From: Cenarchaeum symbiont of Oopsacas minuta
GTDB lineage: Archaea; Thermoproteota; Nitrososphaeria; Nitrososphaerales; Nitrosopumilaceae
DNA: 64,000 bases
Assembly: GCA_029948415.1 (NCBI GenBank)
Contig: JAJIZT010000002.1
Span: forward strand, 146,335-210,334
Direction: 5' to 3'
The notes under the pieces were generated by a model. It worked only from the letters and a program-made list of their open reading frames with translations, was not told the DNA's origin and searched no databases. Within the stretch, counting starts at the first letter, position 1. Each line of letters starts with the position of its first letter. Of this stretch, positions 20,089 to 29,683 are shown in pieces. The position numbers and the translations under genes were made by a program.

Positions 20089-21155
20089 GTTAATTGACTT
20101 CGTAATGCTAGTCCAATATGTCTGAATAATGGTGGGGGGGCTGCATTTCCTACTTGCCACATAGCCCGTTTCATTCTACCTGAAAATATAAACCCGTCTG
20201 GGAATCCCTGCAATCGTGCCATTTCACGAACTGAAATCATTCTGTTTAATTTGTAATGGATGTGTGTTCCGCCATGATTTTCTTTTATTGTCATGGATGG
20301 AACACCTTTGTATTGTCTTTTTGCTGCATCAGTATATGTTTTGTAAAGTGATTCACCAGCTTTGATTTTTGATAATCGTTTTATCATCTTAGGTCTGTGT
20401 TCGGTCCATTCGTGATTTGTTTTTGAATTTCTATTATGACATTCCAAATCTCGTATTGCTGATTCGATGGGCACAAATTCGTTTGGTTGTAGTATTGGTT
20501 TTGGGTATGGGTTTTTTTTACCTAAACGATTTGCAATGAATATTGTACGTGGTCGTATTTGTGCAATTCCATAACTAGCGGATTCCAAAATTAATATAGA
20601 CATATCAGGATACCCATATCTGGCAAATAATTTACGTATGTCATTCACAAAATTACCGTCATTCATGCTAATAATTCCAGGAACATTTTCCATAACCACA
20701 TATTTGGGATTTAATATTCTTACCATTCGTACTACTTGTTTGTACAAAATATTTCGTTTATCATCTATATGTTGAAATCCTGCTATTGAAAATCCTTGAC
20801 ACGGAAATCCAGCAGATAAAACATCGATTGATTTACGGTTCACTATTTTTTTAATTTCGAATTTATCTATGTTACATATGTCTCCTTCAATATGGTTCAC
20901 GTTAGAAAAATTTTTTTTTATTGTGTTTGATGCATCTTGATCTATCTCTATCGATAATAAAGTATCAAATCCAGCTTGACGCATCCCCTCAATATTCCCG
21001 CCAGCACCAGAAAATAAATCCACATGAGTTAGTCTATTTTTTAATTTTTTAATTTTTAATGTATCTACGTAAAATCTATTATTATATTCTGATTCTAGTT
21101 TTTTACGTAAGTTTACAAGTCTATTTATTTGAGGGGTACGTGGCATTATTTTCAC
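20085..21155 (-). CDS. DNA (cytosine-5)-methyltransferase
   Basis: Motifs I DLFSGAGG, IV GFPCQGFS, VI ENVPG, VIII QIRPR, IX REMARLQGFPD, X QVGNA. Confidence 0.96.
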   Translation of the reverse strand: MKIMPRTPQINRLVNLRKKLESEYNNRFYVDTLKIKKLKNRLTHVDLFSGAGGNIEGMRQAGFDTLLSIEIDQDASNTIKKNFSNVNHIEGDICNIDKFEIKKIVNRKSIDVLSAGFPCQGFSIAGFQHIDDKRNILYKQVVRMVRILNPKYVVMENVPGIISMNDGNFVNDIRKLFARYGYPDMSILILESASYGIAQIRPRTIFIANRLGKKNPYPKPILQPNEFVPIESAIRDLECHNRNSKTNHEWTEHRPKMIKRLSKIKAGESLYKTYTDAAKRQYKGVPSMTIKENHGGTHIHYKLNRMISVREMARLQGFPDGFIFSGRMKRAMWQVGNAAPPPLFRHIGLALRSQLT

Positions 21156-21328
21156 TCTACAGTAATTTTTCCATTTTTTGTTATTTTAAATTCCAGATAT
21201 TTTGTGGCTTCCAATATCTCTAAAATTGGCTTCGGAATGCGACATATTTTACTATACGACCCATCTTTATTTTTACTTTTACTCAAACTGACTTTAAAAT
21301 TATCTTCGTCTTTTGCCCATCTTGTCAT
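21152..21328 (-). CDS. AbrB/SpoVT-like small DNA-binding protein
   Basis: ICRIPKPILEIL...LEFKITKNGKITVE pattern; stop overlaps the MTase start. Confidence 0.65.
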   Translation of the reverse strand: MTRWAKDEDNFKVSLSKSKNKDGSYSKICRIPKPILEILEATKYLEFKITKNGKITVE

Positions 21329-21349
21329 GGTGATACCCAATTAATTATT

Positions 21350-21392
21350 AATATAAATGTTTAACAGATCGGTTAACTAACCATACGGTTAA
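21350..21392 (-). promoter_or_regulatory. TATA box plus tandem (T/C)TAAC-N6-GTTAA palindromes upstream of the RM operon
   Basis: Minus-strand TTTATATT at 21357-21350; TTAAC-AGATCG-GTTAA (21361-21376) and CTAAC-CATACG-GTTAA (21377-21392). Confidence 0.55.
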
Positions 21393-21470
21393 ATATAGAA
21401 TACAAATACCCTACTGTTAATGCGGTTCTGTAACATCAACGGGATCTAGTAGACACGATCTTATTCCAAA

Positions 21471-21562
21471 TCAGCAAAAATTCTGTGTTGCATATACTGC
21501 ACCATCACTATCAATAATGACACCCACGCCGATCTCAGTATATTCAGAATTCAACATATTTT
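21471..21562 (-). pseudogene. C-terminal fragment of a CAP/SCP-domain protein
   Basis: Hand translation NMLNSEYTEIGVGVIIDSDGAVYATQNFC*, cut by IS66 copy C. Confidence 0.7.
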
Positions 21563-23032
21563 GTAACTGTCTAGAGTTTTGAAGTATCATTCCCAAGATA
21601 TTGTATCATACAATCATTAAAGTTCAGATCTCGTTGTCTACATGTCTCCTTTATACTCATCAATATCTTGTGTGAATTAGCGCCATCATCTGTTCGATGA
21701 CCGTTTGTAATCTTTCGTATTACCACGTTTGGTCTAATCGCTCTCTCAGCAGCATTGTTATGTGAATCAGTTCCAGTCTTCAAGAACGTGAAAAGCATGC
21801 CTTGTTCACGCTTTAGACGTTTGACAAATCGGATACAATTCTTTTCCGTATATTTTTTGGATAAAAGATACGATATACGACGCTCGAGTTTGTTTATAGC
21901 ATTTGATTTATCATGAATGTTTACAGCATCATGTGAGTCATTTAGGATCTTTTTCAAACATTTTCCAAAAAGAACAAACTCTTTTTTGGGATTTTTATAC
22001 TGTGGAGTCTCATGAATTTCTCTTATGTAATGAACATGACATCTTTGATGACTGTTTCCAACAAAATTCCATGCAGACCATGAATCACTTGTCAGTGTAT
22101 CCTTTTAACACTCTCATTGGAGCTATTCTACCACGTGATTTGTCAATCTCATATATGGTAGTCCATTTTCCAACAAATGCCCACAGCCAATTATTCTTCC
22201 CGTTGATGCGCCAGCTAATCTCATCCCCATGTATATTCAACTCGGTTTTTAGTTCCTCTATCATCTGTTCATATAATGGATCAAATGCTGTAGCAGTTTT
22301 TCTTACTGCATGATTTATGGTAGATTCATTCATGTGTATACCGTATATCATTTCTAGTAGATTGGATATTTTTTGATATGATAATCCAAATGTTTTGAGT
22401 GCAATTATAAATGCAGCTAGTCTGATTCCAAATCTTTCATTTGGTAATGCAGTATGGATTTTTGGTGTGATTATTTTTTTACAACATTTACAATATCTTC
22501 TAGATATAGTATTGTATGCTCGTGCTGGAATAATATCTTCTACTATGCGTGTGTATTTGTGCACAATTTTGGATAGTTTGTTTCCGCAGACATGACATGA
22601 TTTTTGATCCACCTCGGTTTTGTTATCAATGTGAACTGGTCTTTTTCTGCTGGTTCTTGCATGTTTGAAGTTTTATGTCTGAATCTGGTTTGTTGGGTTT
22701 TACACGAATATTCCTTGCTACAAGAGCATTTATCGTGATTTTTAATTCTTCAATCTCATTTTTTGACTGTTGTATAGTTTCTCCTTGCTGTTGGGTAGTT
22801 TTTTCATATTCTCGTATCGTTTTTCCTTGCTGTTGCATCGTTTCTCCTTGTTGTTTGTTTTCCTTGCGTAATAATGCAATTTCTTTCTCTAGATTCTCAG
22901 ACCTAGGACAAATATGTTCTATCTCTTCATTATTCATAAACGATTTTTTGTATTATGCCATTGATCCAAAAATGTAATGATGAAAAATATTAGATCAAAT
23001 GGTCAGATTACTTCAAAACTCTAGATAGTTAC
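21563..23032 (-). mobile_element. IS66-family element, copy C (more diverged, extra lesions)
   Basis: Same TIRs; DEISW in place of DETSW; flanks are not a target duplication. Confidence 0.9.
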
Positions 23033-23393
23033 CAAAAGAATTAGTCATCGACGTGTTAGGATAAAGCATGCGATAAACCGACTAAAATGCTTCCGTAGGA
23101 TGAGTGTATGATAGCAAGGAAGAGTTTTACAAAGAGATCCAAGTCGTATCTAGGCTGACAAACCTGCATATCCTGTTCAATGACCGCAAGTATGTCGAAC
23201 CTATGGAACGAGTCTGTTCTTAAAAAGTAGGTTCATCTCTGCAATATGTCTGTGCATGATGTTACCGTTTTTGTCATATTTATGACATTTTGATTTGTTT
23301 GTTCATACTTGTGACATTTTGATTTGTTTGTAGAACTCTCATGCTTTGATCATGCAGTATCAAGTCGAGAACTGATCTATCTTTATTGGTAAT
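23033..23393 (+). pseudogene. decayed 3' end of an IS5 copy
   Basis: Aligns to about 2334-2719; stops inside the right TIR, whose remainder is at 24658-24670. Confidence 0.88.
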
Positions 23394-23515
23394 AACCATA
23401 TGTGCACAGAAAAACTAGGACTTTAGAAGGTTGTAAGAATAAGAACAAAAAGAGATCTGGCCATTACAAAACTAAAAAACAAACAAAATCATTACCGCAT
23501 TTTGACAGATCCTAC

Positions 23516-24445
23516 ATGTACGTTGGTATTGACGTCCACAAGGAGTTCCTTCAGGTTGCAATGATGGACAAAAAAGGTAAAATTGTCTTTAACGAGAGAG
23601 TCGATAGAGACAACGATGAGGTGAAAAAGTTTTTCTTAAAAAATGTCCCAAAGAGTGCAAAATGTATCATCATCTGTTTGGTATGGCTTGTTTATGTTCA
23701 TGACAAAAGATCTAAAGCTGGATGTATCTCTCTCGAACCCATACCAGACAAAGGCAATTGCATCATCCAAGAAAAAAACTGACAAGGTTGACGCAATGAT
23801 ACTTGCAGACCTTTACCGTGGCGGATATATTGCATTGTGCCATGTTCCAACAAAAATTGTAGTGGAATGGAGGCCACCTTGTACGACATAGACATTGGAG
23901 TGTACAGATGAGAACGAGTGAAAAAAATGCCATACATGGATACAAGAGGGGATAAAGATTGCAGGTACAACATTTACTCAAAAGTACAACGAATCGCTTC
24001 ATTTCATAGGTGATTACAGAATTGATGACCATCTGCTCGTATGATAGACTCATTGCAAAAACAAACAAAAGGATATACCAAATTGCAAGATCTAATAAAC
24101 AGATCCAATTGCTAAAGACAATTCCAGGAATTGGTGATTACAGTGCTTTGGTAGAGATTGATGATGTGAGGAGATTCTCACCGTTTGTACTCGTATGCAG
24201 GTTTGGTCAAGTGTACGCAATTCTGCAGATATGGTAAAGCATGGCAGGATAACAAAAAGAGGCAGCAGAATGATGAGGTGGATTTTGAGTGAAGCGGTCC
24301 GCACACATGTAAGGTGTGCACCAAAAAGCAATGTCACACGGTTTTACAAAAGACTCGCAAGAAAAAAAGGCACGGGCAAGGCCACAGTAGCAACTGCATC
24401 AAAGATGTTACGTGTCATATACTGGATGTTAAAGATAAGTTTGAA
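23516..24445 (+). pseudogene. IS110-family DEDD recombinase, multiply frameshifted
   Basis: YVGIDVHK, KKTDKVDA, LKTIPGIG, SVRNSA..HGRITKRGS, ATVATASKML spread over several frames; 3' end approximate. Confidence 0.92.
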
Positions 24446-24449
24446 AGCA

Positions 24450-24620
24450 ATTACAGTTAGATTCGCAACCGCGTCTTGTGCATTGGAGATTAAACTCCGA
24501 TTAATAACTGCGGCATGATCTAACGATTGGATGAAGAAAGGTTGTGAGGGTAAACCTCGTATGGATAATTCTTTAGAAACGGAAAGTACACACCTAGCGA
24601 AAGCTATGCGGGATTAACGA
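24450..24620 (+). ncRNA. candidate bridge/seek RNA region of the IS110 element
   Basis: Hairpins GGAG-ATTAAA-CTCC and GAGG-GTAAA-CCTC, each flanked by short matches to target or donor junction; boundaries approximate. Confidence 0.5.
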
Positions 24621-24682
24621 AAAATGCTAGAATTGTTTATAAAGATAGCACATGGATATGCATAAGGTCTAATACAAAAAAT

Positions 24683-24763
24683 GTACGAGGTCATCTACTC
24701 TGTAATTTTGTGCGTAAATGTGGAACTTTCTTGATAATTATAGGCAGGGACGTGACCTCATAC
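24683..24763. mobile_element. about 80-bp MITE, family X copy 1
   Basis: TIR GTACGAGGTCA/TGACCTCATAC; homologous to 54797-54873. Confidence 0.7.
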
Positions 24764-24928
24764 ACAAACAGCTAGCCAATTGTTAAAGGTGATTTCATAA
24801 AAAATCATGCAAATAAAAAAAGAAGGGGTTTGACGGCACCCCGATAGCCTTCTGCCTCATTGTACGTCTTTTTGTGGTTTGAACCCACGGTGGTTTCAGA
24901 CCCCATCCGGTCCATTACCACTGTGGAT

Positions 24929-25054
24929 TCAAATCCCACTCTTGCCGCGTTTTTGTATAACGACCCTGCCGTTTGGCAGGACGCCTGCGAATATCCATCC
25001 GTCTGCGATGAGTTTTTCTGCATCTTTTGAGCTTGTTACGCGCTGACTTGGCAC
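24929..25054 (-). CDS. 41-aa ORF overlapping the integrase 2 stop codon
   Basis: GTG-PSQRVTSSKDAEKLIADGWIFAGVLPNGRVVIQKRGKSGI*. Confidence 0.6.
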   Translation of the reverse strand: MPSQRVTSSKDAEKLIADGWIFAGVLPNGRVVIQKRGKSGI

Positions 25055-26006
25055 ATTTTACCGATGCCCAATTTCTGGAACATCTCTAGTACCGTGCCAA
25101 GCTGTTCTGGTGTGGCCTGTGAAATTGCACTTTGCATTTGCTCTTTTTGTTTTATGATTGGATCATCTTTTGTCTGTTCTAGATCCAACAGTGGCTCTGA
25201 TCGTTTGTACGAATCGCGCATCTCCTGTATCAGCGACTCAAAGTATTCCCTTGTTTGTCGTGTATCTTGCTTCGATGTTTCCGCTGTGACCCATAAAGAA
25301 TGCTCTGATATCGTGTGCGATTTTTCCCTTTGACTCTGCGATGAGTAGTTGTGTGTCAAAGTATGCACGCAAAACGTACGGCCTCCATGTAAATCTCGGT
25401 CTGAATGTATCCTGGATTCTTTTGCTAATCTGCCTTGTAGGCAGAAATGGCTTTGTCTGGTTTTCTCCGCGGTTTGTTTTATACTTGTAGTCGTGCTATT
25501 ACAGGTGAATTCCCATGCAGGGGTTCGCCTTGTGATAGTCGATCATTCAGGTATGCTAGGATGTACGTGGTGGCAGGTGTGCTGGAGAATGTAAAATAGG
25601 GTTTTCTTGTCTTGGATATCTCCCGTCTTACCGTTATTCTGTTTTGTACCCTGATGCATTTTGCCTCACCCTGATGTATTACAATATCAAGCAAATCATG
25701 CATCCTTAGTCCGTCTGTTCCATTGTGGTTTCCTAGTACTTTAGGCCTCAGGCCGGATTTTGCCATCAGGGAGATCATTGTAGATTCTCTGAGGCGGGTT
25801 CTACTGTATATTTCGTCCATCTCCTGTGCATTTGGCACGCGCTCGTTCTGCAGTGTTGGAGTCTGGCGCGGATCAGTTATGCGTATCTTGCATCTGATCT
25901 CGATGTCAAAGTGTCTGAGCCATGATTTTACAGCATTTAATCTTCAATGTACCCTGGAGAGTATTGTTTTGACTCCATCATGGTCACGTGATCCTCTAGT
26001 AGGTCG
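25036..26006 (-). pseudogene. tyrosine integrase 2, 5'-truncated and frameshifted
   Basis: Fragments highly similar to integrase 1 (SGLRPKV, RPYVL, EMRDSYKRSE). Confidence 0.9.
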
Positions 26007-26222
26007 CTAATTAGAAGTTATTTTATTACGACGATATGGTTTACTGATAACACAATAAACGTTTTTTTCCAGTCTGCCCCTAGTTTCTCTATGTTTTGAT
26101 GTTCCAGGTGGTGTAGATGTTTTAATCACTTTTCTACATTGGAATACTATGATTTCACCTTCAATTGAATCATCTTTGTTAAAGTGTGAGTTAGAATTAT
26201 TCAGATATAACACCATCTTCAA
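26007..26222 (-). CDS. hypothetical protein, possibly 3'-truncated
   Basis: 71-aa ORF ending at the integrase 2 breakpoint. Confidence 0.35.
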   Translation of the reverse strand: MKMVLYLNNSNSHFNKDDSIEGEIIVFQCRKVIKTSTPPGTSKHRETRGRLEKNVYCVISKPYRRNKITSN

Positions 26223-26694
26223 TTAATTTTCGTACGACCTGCATTGTTGTCTTTAAATCTAGATTAAATTTAAAAGCTATTTCATGAGGATAGAAATCTT
26301 CATCAGGTATAGTATTTTTTATTATAGTTTCTTCTATTTTCTTTTTATCGTGTATTAAATCTAGCATATCGTCATTATCTTCATATGTTGTTGGAGCATC
26401 AGATCGCTTAAATTTCACATTACTAGGTTCCAAAGATTGTTTATACGTCTGTTGTGTTAACATGGATAGTTTTATTTCACCGTGAAGTTTTTCAAGGAAA
26501 TCATCAAGTAATTCTTTAAGTGGAATAAGATCTGTATGGTATATGGAATCAAACTTGGTGTCAGGATATTGAGTATGTGAACTTAGTTCACATTGTGATG
26601 CTAATGATGGAGATATATTCGTTTTATGTTTTTTATCTATATCATTAATATCAAATTGTATCATATTGCCATCGTTCTCTTTAATGCTTACCAT
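26197..26694 (-). CDS. hypothetical protein with C-terminal winged-helix-like segment
   Basis: FYPHEIAFKFNLDLKTTMQVVRKLIEDGVI. Confidence 0.65.
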   Translation of the reverse strand: MVSIKENDGNMIQFDINDIDKKHKTNISPSLASQCELSSHTQYPDTKFDSIYHTDLIPLKELLDDFLEKLHGEIKLSMLTQQTYKQSLEPSNVKFKRSDAPTTYEDNDDMLDLIHDKKKIEETIIKNTIPDEDFYPHEIAFKFNLDLKTTMQVVRKLIEDGVISE

Positions 26695-27115
26695 TTTTTA
26701 TCACCATATACCATTATGTTAAGTTGATGTGTTGTAGCTATAAAACGAAAACGTACTAATGATTCATGTAATTGTATGGAATTATTTTGTGTGTATGCAT
26801 CCATGATTTTAAGAAATGGTTCACGCAATTCATTTTTAATATTATTTTTTGCTTTATCAAATGCATTAGGTGATAAATGACGAGTCAACGCATGAGCTAA
26901 TTCACCGAACGATGCCTCCAATATTTCTCCAATGTAAAGTGGTTCTTCTAATTTCATATTCCATGCAAATCGAACTAAATTATTACTAATCGAGGCACAC
27001 AATGGGAAATTAGTATCATCTAGTGCAGAGGATATGCGTTTTATATTGTCTAATACGATGTGATTTGGATCAACCAATTGATATAAAAAATTATTAGAAA
27101 TATATATAAATTTTT
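26688..27115 (-). pseudogene. hypothetical helical protein; 5' end removed or abutted by IS66 copy D
   Basis: The track ORF start lies inside the IS TIR; the rest is open to 26688. Confidence 0.55.
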
Positions 27116-29592
27116 GTAACTGTCTAGAGTTTTGAAGTACCATCCGCAAGATATTGCATCATATAGTCATGAAAGTTTAGATTTCGTTGCCTACATGTCT
27201 CCTTTACACTCATCAATATCTTGTGTGATGTAGCGCCACCATCTGTTCGATGACCGTTTGTAATCTTTCGTATTACCACGTTTGGTCTAATCGCTCTCTC
27301 GGCAGTATTATTATGTGAATCAGTTCCAGTCTTCAAGAACGTAAAAAGCATGTCTTGTTCACGCTTTAGACGTTTGACAAATCTGATACAATTCTTTTCT
27401 GTATATTTTTTGGATAAAAGAGACGATAAACGACGCTCGAGTTTTTTTATAACATTTGATTTATCACGAATGTTTACAGCATCATGTGAGTCATTTAGGA
27501 TCTTTTTCAAACATTTTCCAAAAGCAATAAACTCTTTTTTGGGATTTTTATACTTTAGAGTATCATGAATTTCTCTCATATAATGAACATGGCATCTTTG
27601 ATGACTGTTTCCAACGTAATTCCATGCAGACCATGAATCACTTGTCAGTGTATCCTTTTAACACTCTCATTGGAGCTATTCTACCACGTGATTTGTCAAT
27701 CTCATATATGGTCGTCCATTTTCCAACAAATGCCCACAACCAATGATTCTTCCCGTTGATGCGCCAGCTAGTCTCATCCCCATGTATATTCAACTCGGTT
27801 TTTAGATCTCTCATCATCTGTTCATATAATGGACCAAATGCTGTAGCAGTTTTTTTTATTGCATGATTTATGGTAGATTCATTCATGTGTATGCCGTATA
27901 TCATTTCTAATAGTTGGGATATTTTTGGATATGATAATCCAAGTGTTTTGAGTACAATTAAAAGTGCTGCTATAGTGTGGATCAAAAGTCTTTTGGGATT
28001 CGAGGTTTACTGTACAAATAATCATTCTTGAATCTTACAGTACGATAATATTCTGAAATATTATATTTCATAATTTTAGATGTTTCAGATACTGCAACTG
28101 CGTATTTACCCTGACGCCAACATTCTTCTACAGCATTCATGCGTGGAGTTGCACGTGGAAGATATCGAAGTTTTACAGTATCTTTATGATCTCTAAGATA
28201 TTCTTTCACCATTCGAGAACGATGCTGTGGCGCTCTATCCAAAATAACAAATATCTTGCCAAATTTTTTTTCAAGCAATTTCAAATAATCTACAGTTGAT
28301 TCACTATCAAATCTATGATAAGTTTTGAACAATTGTCTTCCATCTTCAGTTACTGCACCATACACTATGATTTTGCTGTGCATGCCAGTCCATTTTACAA
28401 CTGGAGGTATATCCACAGTCCAGTATTTTTTACCTGTAATTGAATCGTATACGAATATTGATTCATCTTCTTCTATAACAGTAAAATCTTCAAATTTTGT
28501 GCCTGAAAGATCACGTTTGAGATTATTCTGCCAATTATAACACATGGAATCGTTTGCAGCATTGATGTGAACTCTGTGGAGTTTTTGGAGTCATGCCGTA
28601 TTTGTGTAAGAGTTTTCTAACATATGTTATATGGAAATTAATTTTTGCTTTCTTAAAAATGACTTTCTTCATAATCTTTGGAGTTATACTTGTATTATCT
28701 ATTGCATCACTGATTATTTTATCTAGTTTATGAGCTTTAATTAATGGAGGTCTGCCACTACGTGGCAGATCTCGTAGACCATCAATGCCTTTTTCATCAA
28801 AACGTTCTATCCATTGATTGACCCATTCTGGAGTTCGAAATAAACTAGCTGCGACTTCTCCTATGTTCATATTGTTTACATGAACCATTTGTACTGCAAC
28901 GATTCTGTCACGTATGTTTGGTTCTCTTTCTTTCCTATGGGCGTCTTTGAGTTGTTTACTTAGATTGTCCATACATGATTGAGAATGTACCGATCAAAAA
29001 ACTTTGCGGTTAATGTGAATTCCAAAAGACTTATGCTCCATACTATAGTATTGTATACTTGTGCTGGAATAATATCTTTTACTATACGTGTGTATTTGTG
29101 CACAATTTTGGATAGTTTGTTTCCACAGACATGACATGATTTTTGATCCACCTCGGTTTTGTTATCAATGTGAACTGGTCGTTTTCTGCTGGTTCTTGCA
29201 TGTTTGAAGTTTTATAACTGAATCTGGTTTGTTGGGTTTTGCACGAATATTCTTTGCTACAAGAGCATTTATCGTGATTTTTAATTCTTCATTCTCATTT
29301 TTTGTCTGTTGTCTAGTTTCTTGATATTCTCGTATCGCTTTTCCTTGTTGCTGTATCTTTTCTCCTTGTTGTTGCATAGTTTCTTTACATTCTCGTATTG
29401 TTTCTGCTTGTTGTTTGTTTTCCTTGCGTGATAATGCAAGTTCTTTCTCTAGATTCTCAGATCTAGGACAAATGTGGTCTATTTTTTTATTATTCATGAA
29501 CGATTTTTTGTATTATACACCTGATCCAAAAATGTAATGATGAAAAATATTGGATCAAATGGTCAGATTACTTCAAAACTCTAGATAGTTAC
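27116..29592 (-). mobile_element. IS66-family element, copy D, interrupted by IS630
   Basis: Same TIRs; middle ORF split between QVYNT and AALL. Confidence 0.9.
27971..29047 (-). mobile_element. IS630-family element with two-ORF transposase (28535-28972, 27982-28545)
   Basis: About 30-bp imperfect TIR TATAGT(G/A)TGGA..AAGTCTTTTGG; GLRDLPRSGRP, EDES, ILDRAPQH, MNAVEECW. Confidence 0.9.
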
Positions 29593-29683
29593 GATTTTTT
29601 GTATTATACACCTGATCCAAAAATGTAATGATGAAAAATATTGGATCAAATGGTCAGATTACTTCAAAACTCTAGACAGTTAC
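29593..29683 (-). mobile_element. tandem extra IS66 left-end fragment
   Basis: 91-bp repeat of 29502-29592 with one change in the TIR. Confidence 0.85.

Larger units (their letters stand above)
23394..24657 (+). mobile_element. IS110-family (IS1111-like) element inserted in the IS5 right TIR
   Basis: Junctions TTGGTA-AT-AACCATATGTGC and GCACATGG-AT-ATGCATAAGGTCT; short subterminal IR ATGTGC/GCACAT. Confidence 0.8.
14278..24914. mobile_element. integrative element 1 at the tRNA-Val 3' end (decayed, rearranged)
   Basis: Direct repeat CCCATCCGGTCCA at 14278-14290 and 24902-24914; tyrosine integrase; RM cargo. Confidence 0.7.

Noticed and set aside
24860..24940. Second tRNA gene
   Set aside because: Only the 3' end and T-arm-like pieces are present; no D or anticodon arm.
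28520..28600. IS630 two-ORF overlap as novel recoding
   Set aside because: Split IS630 transposases are common, and no clear slippery heptamer is present; it may be a simple lesion.
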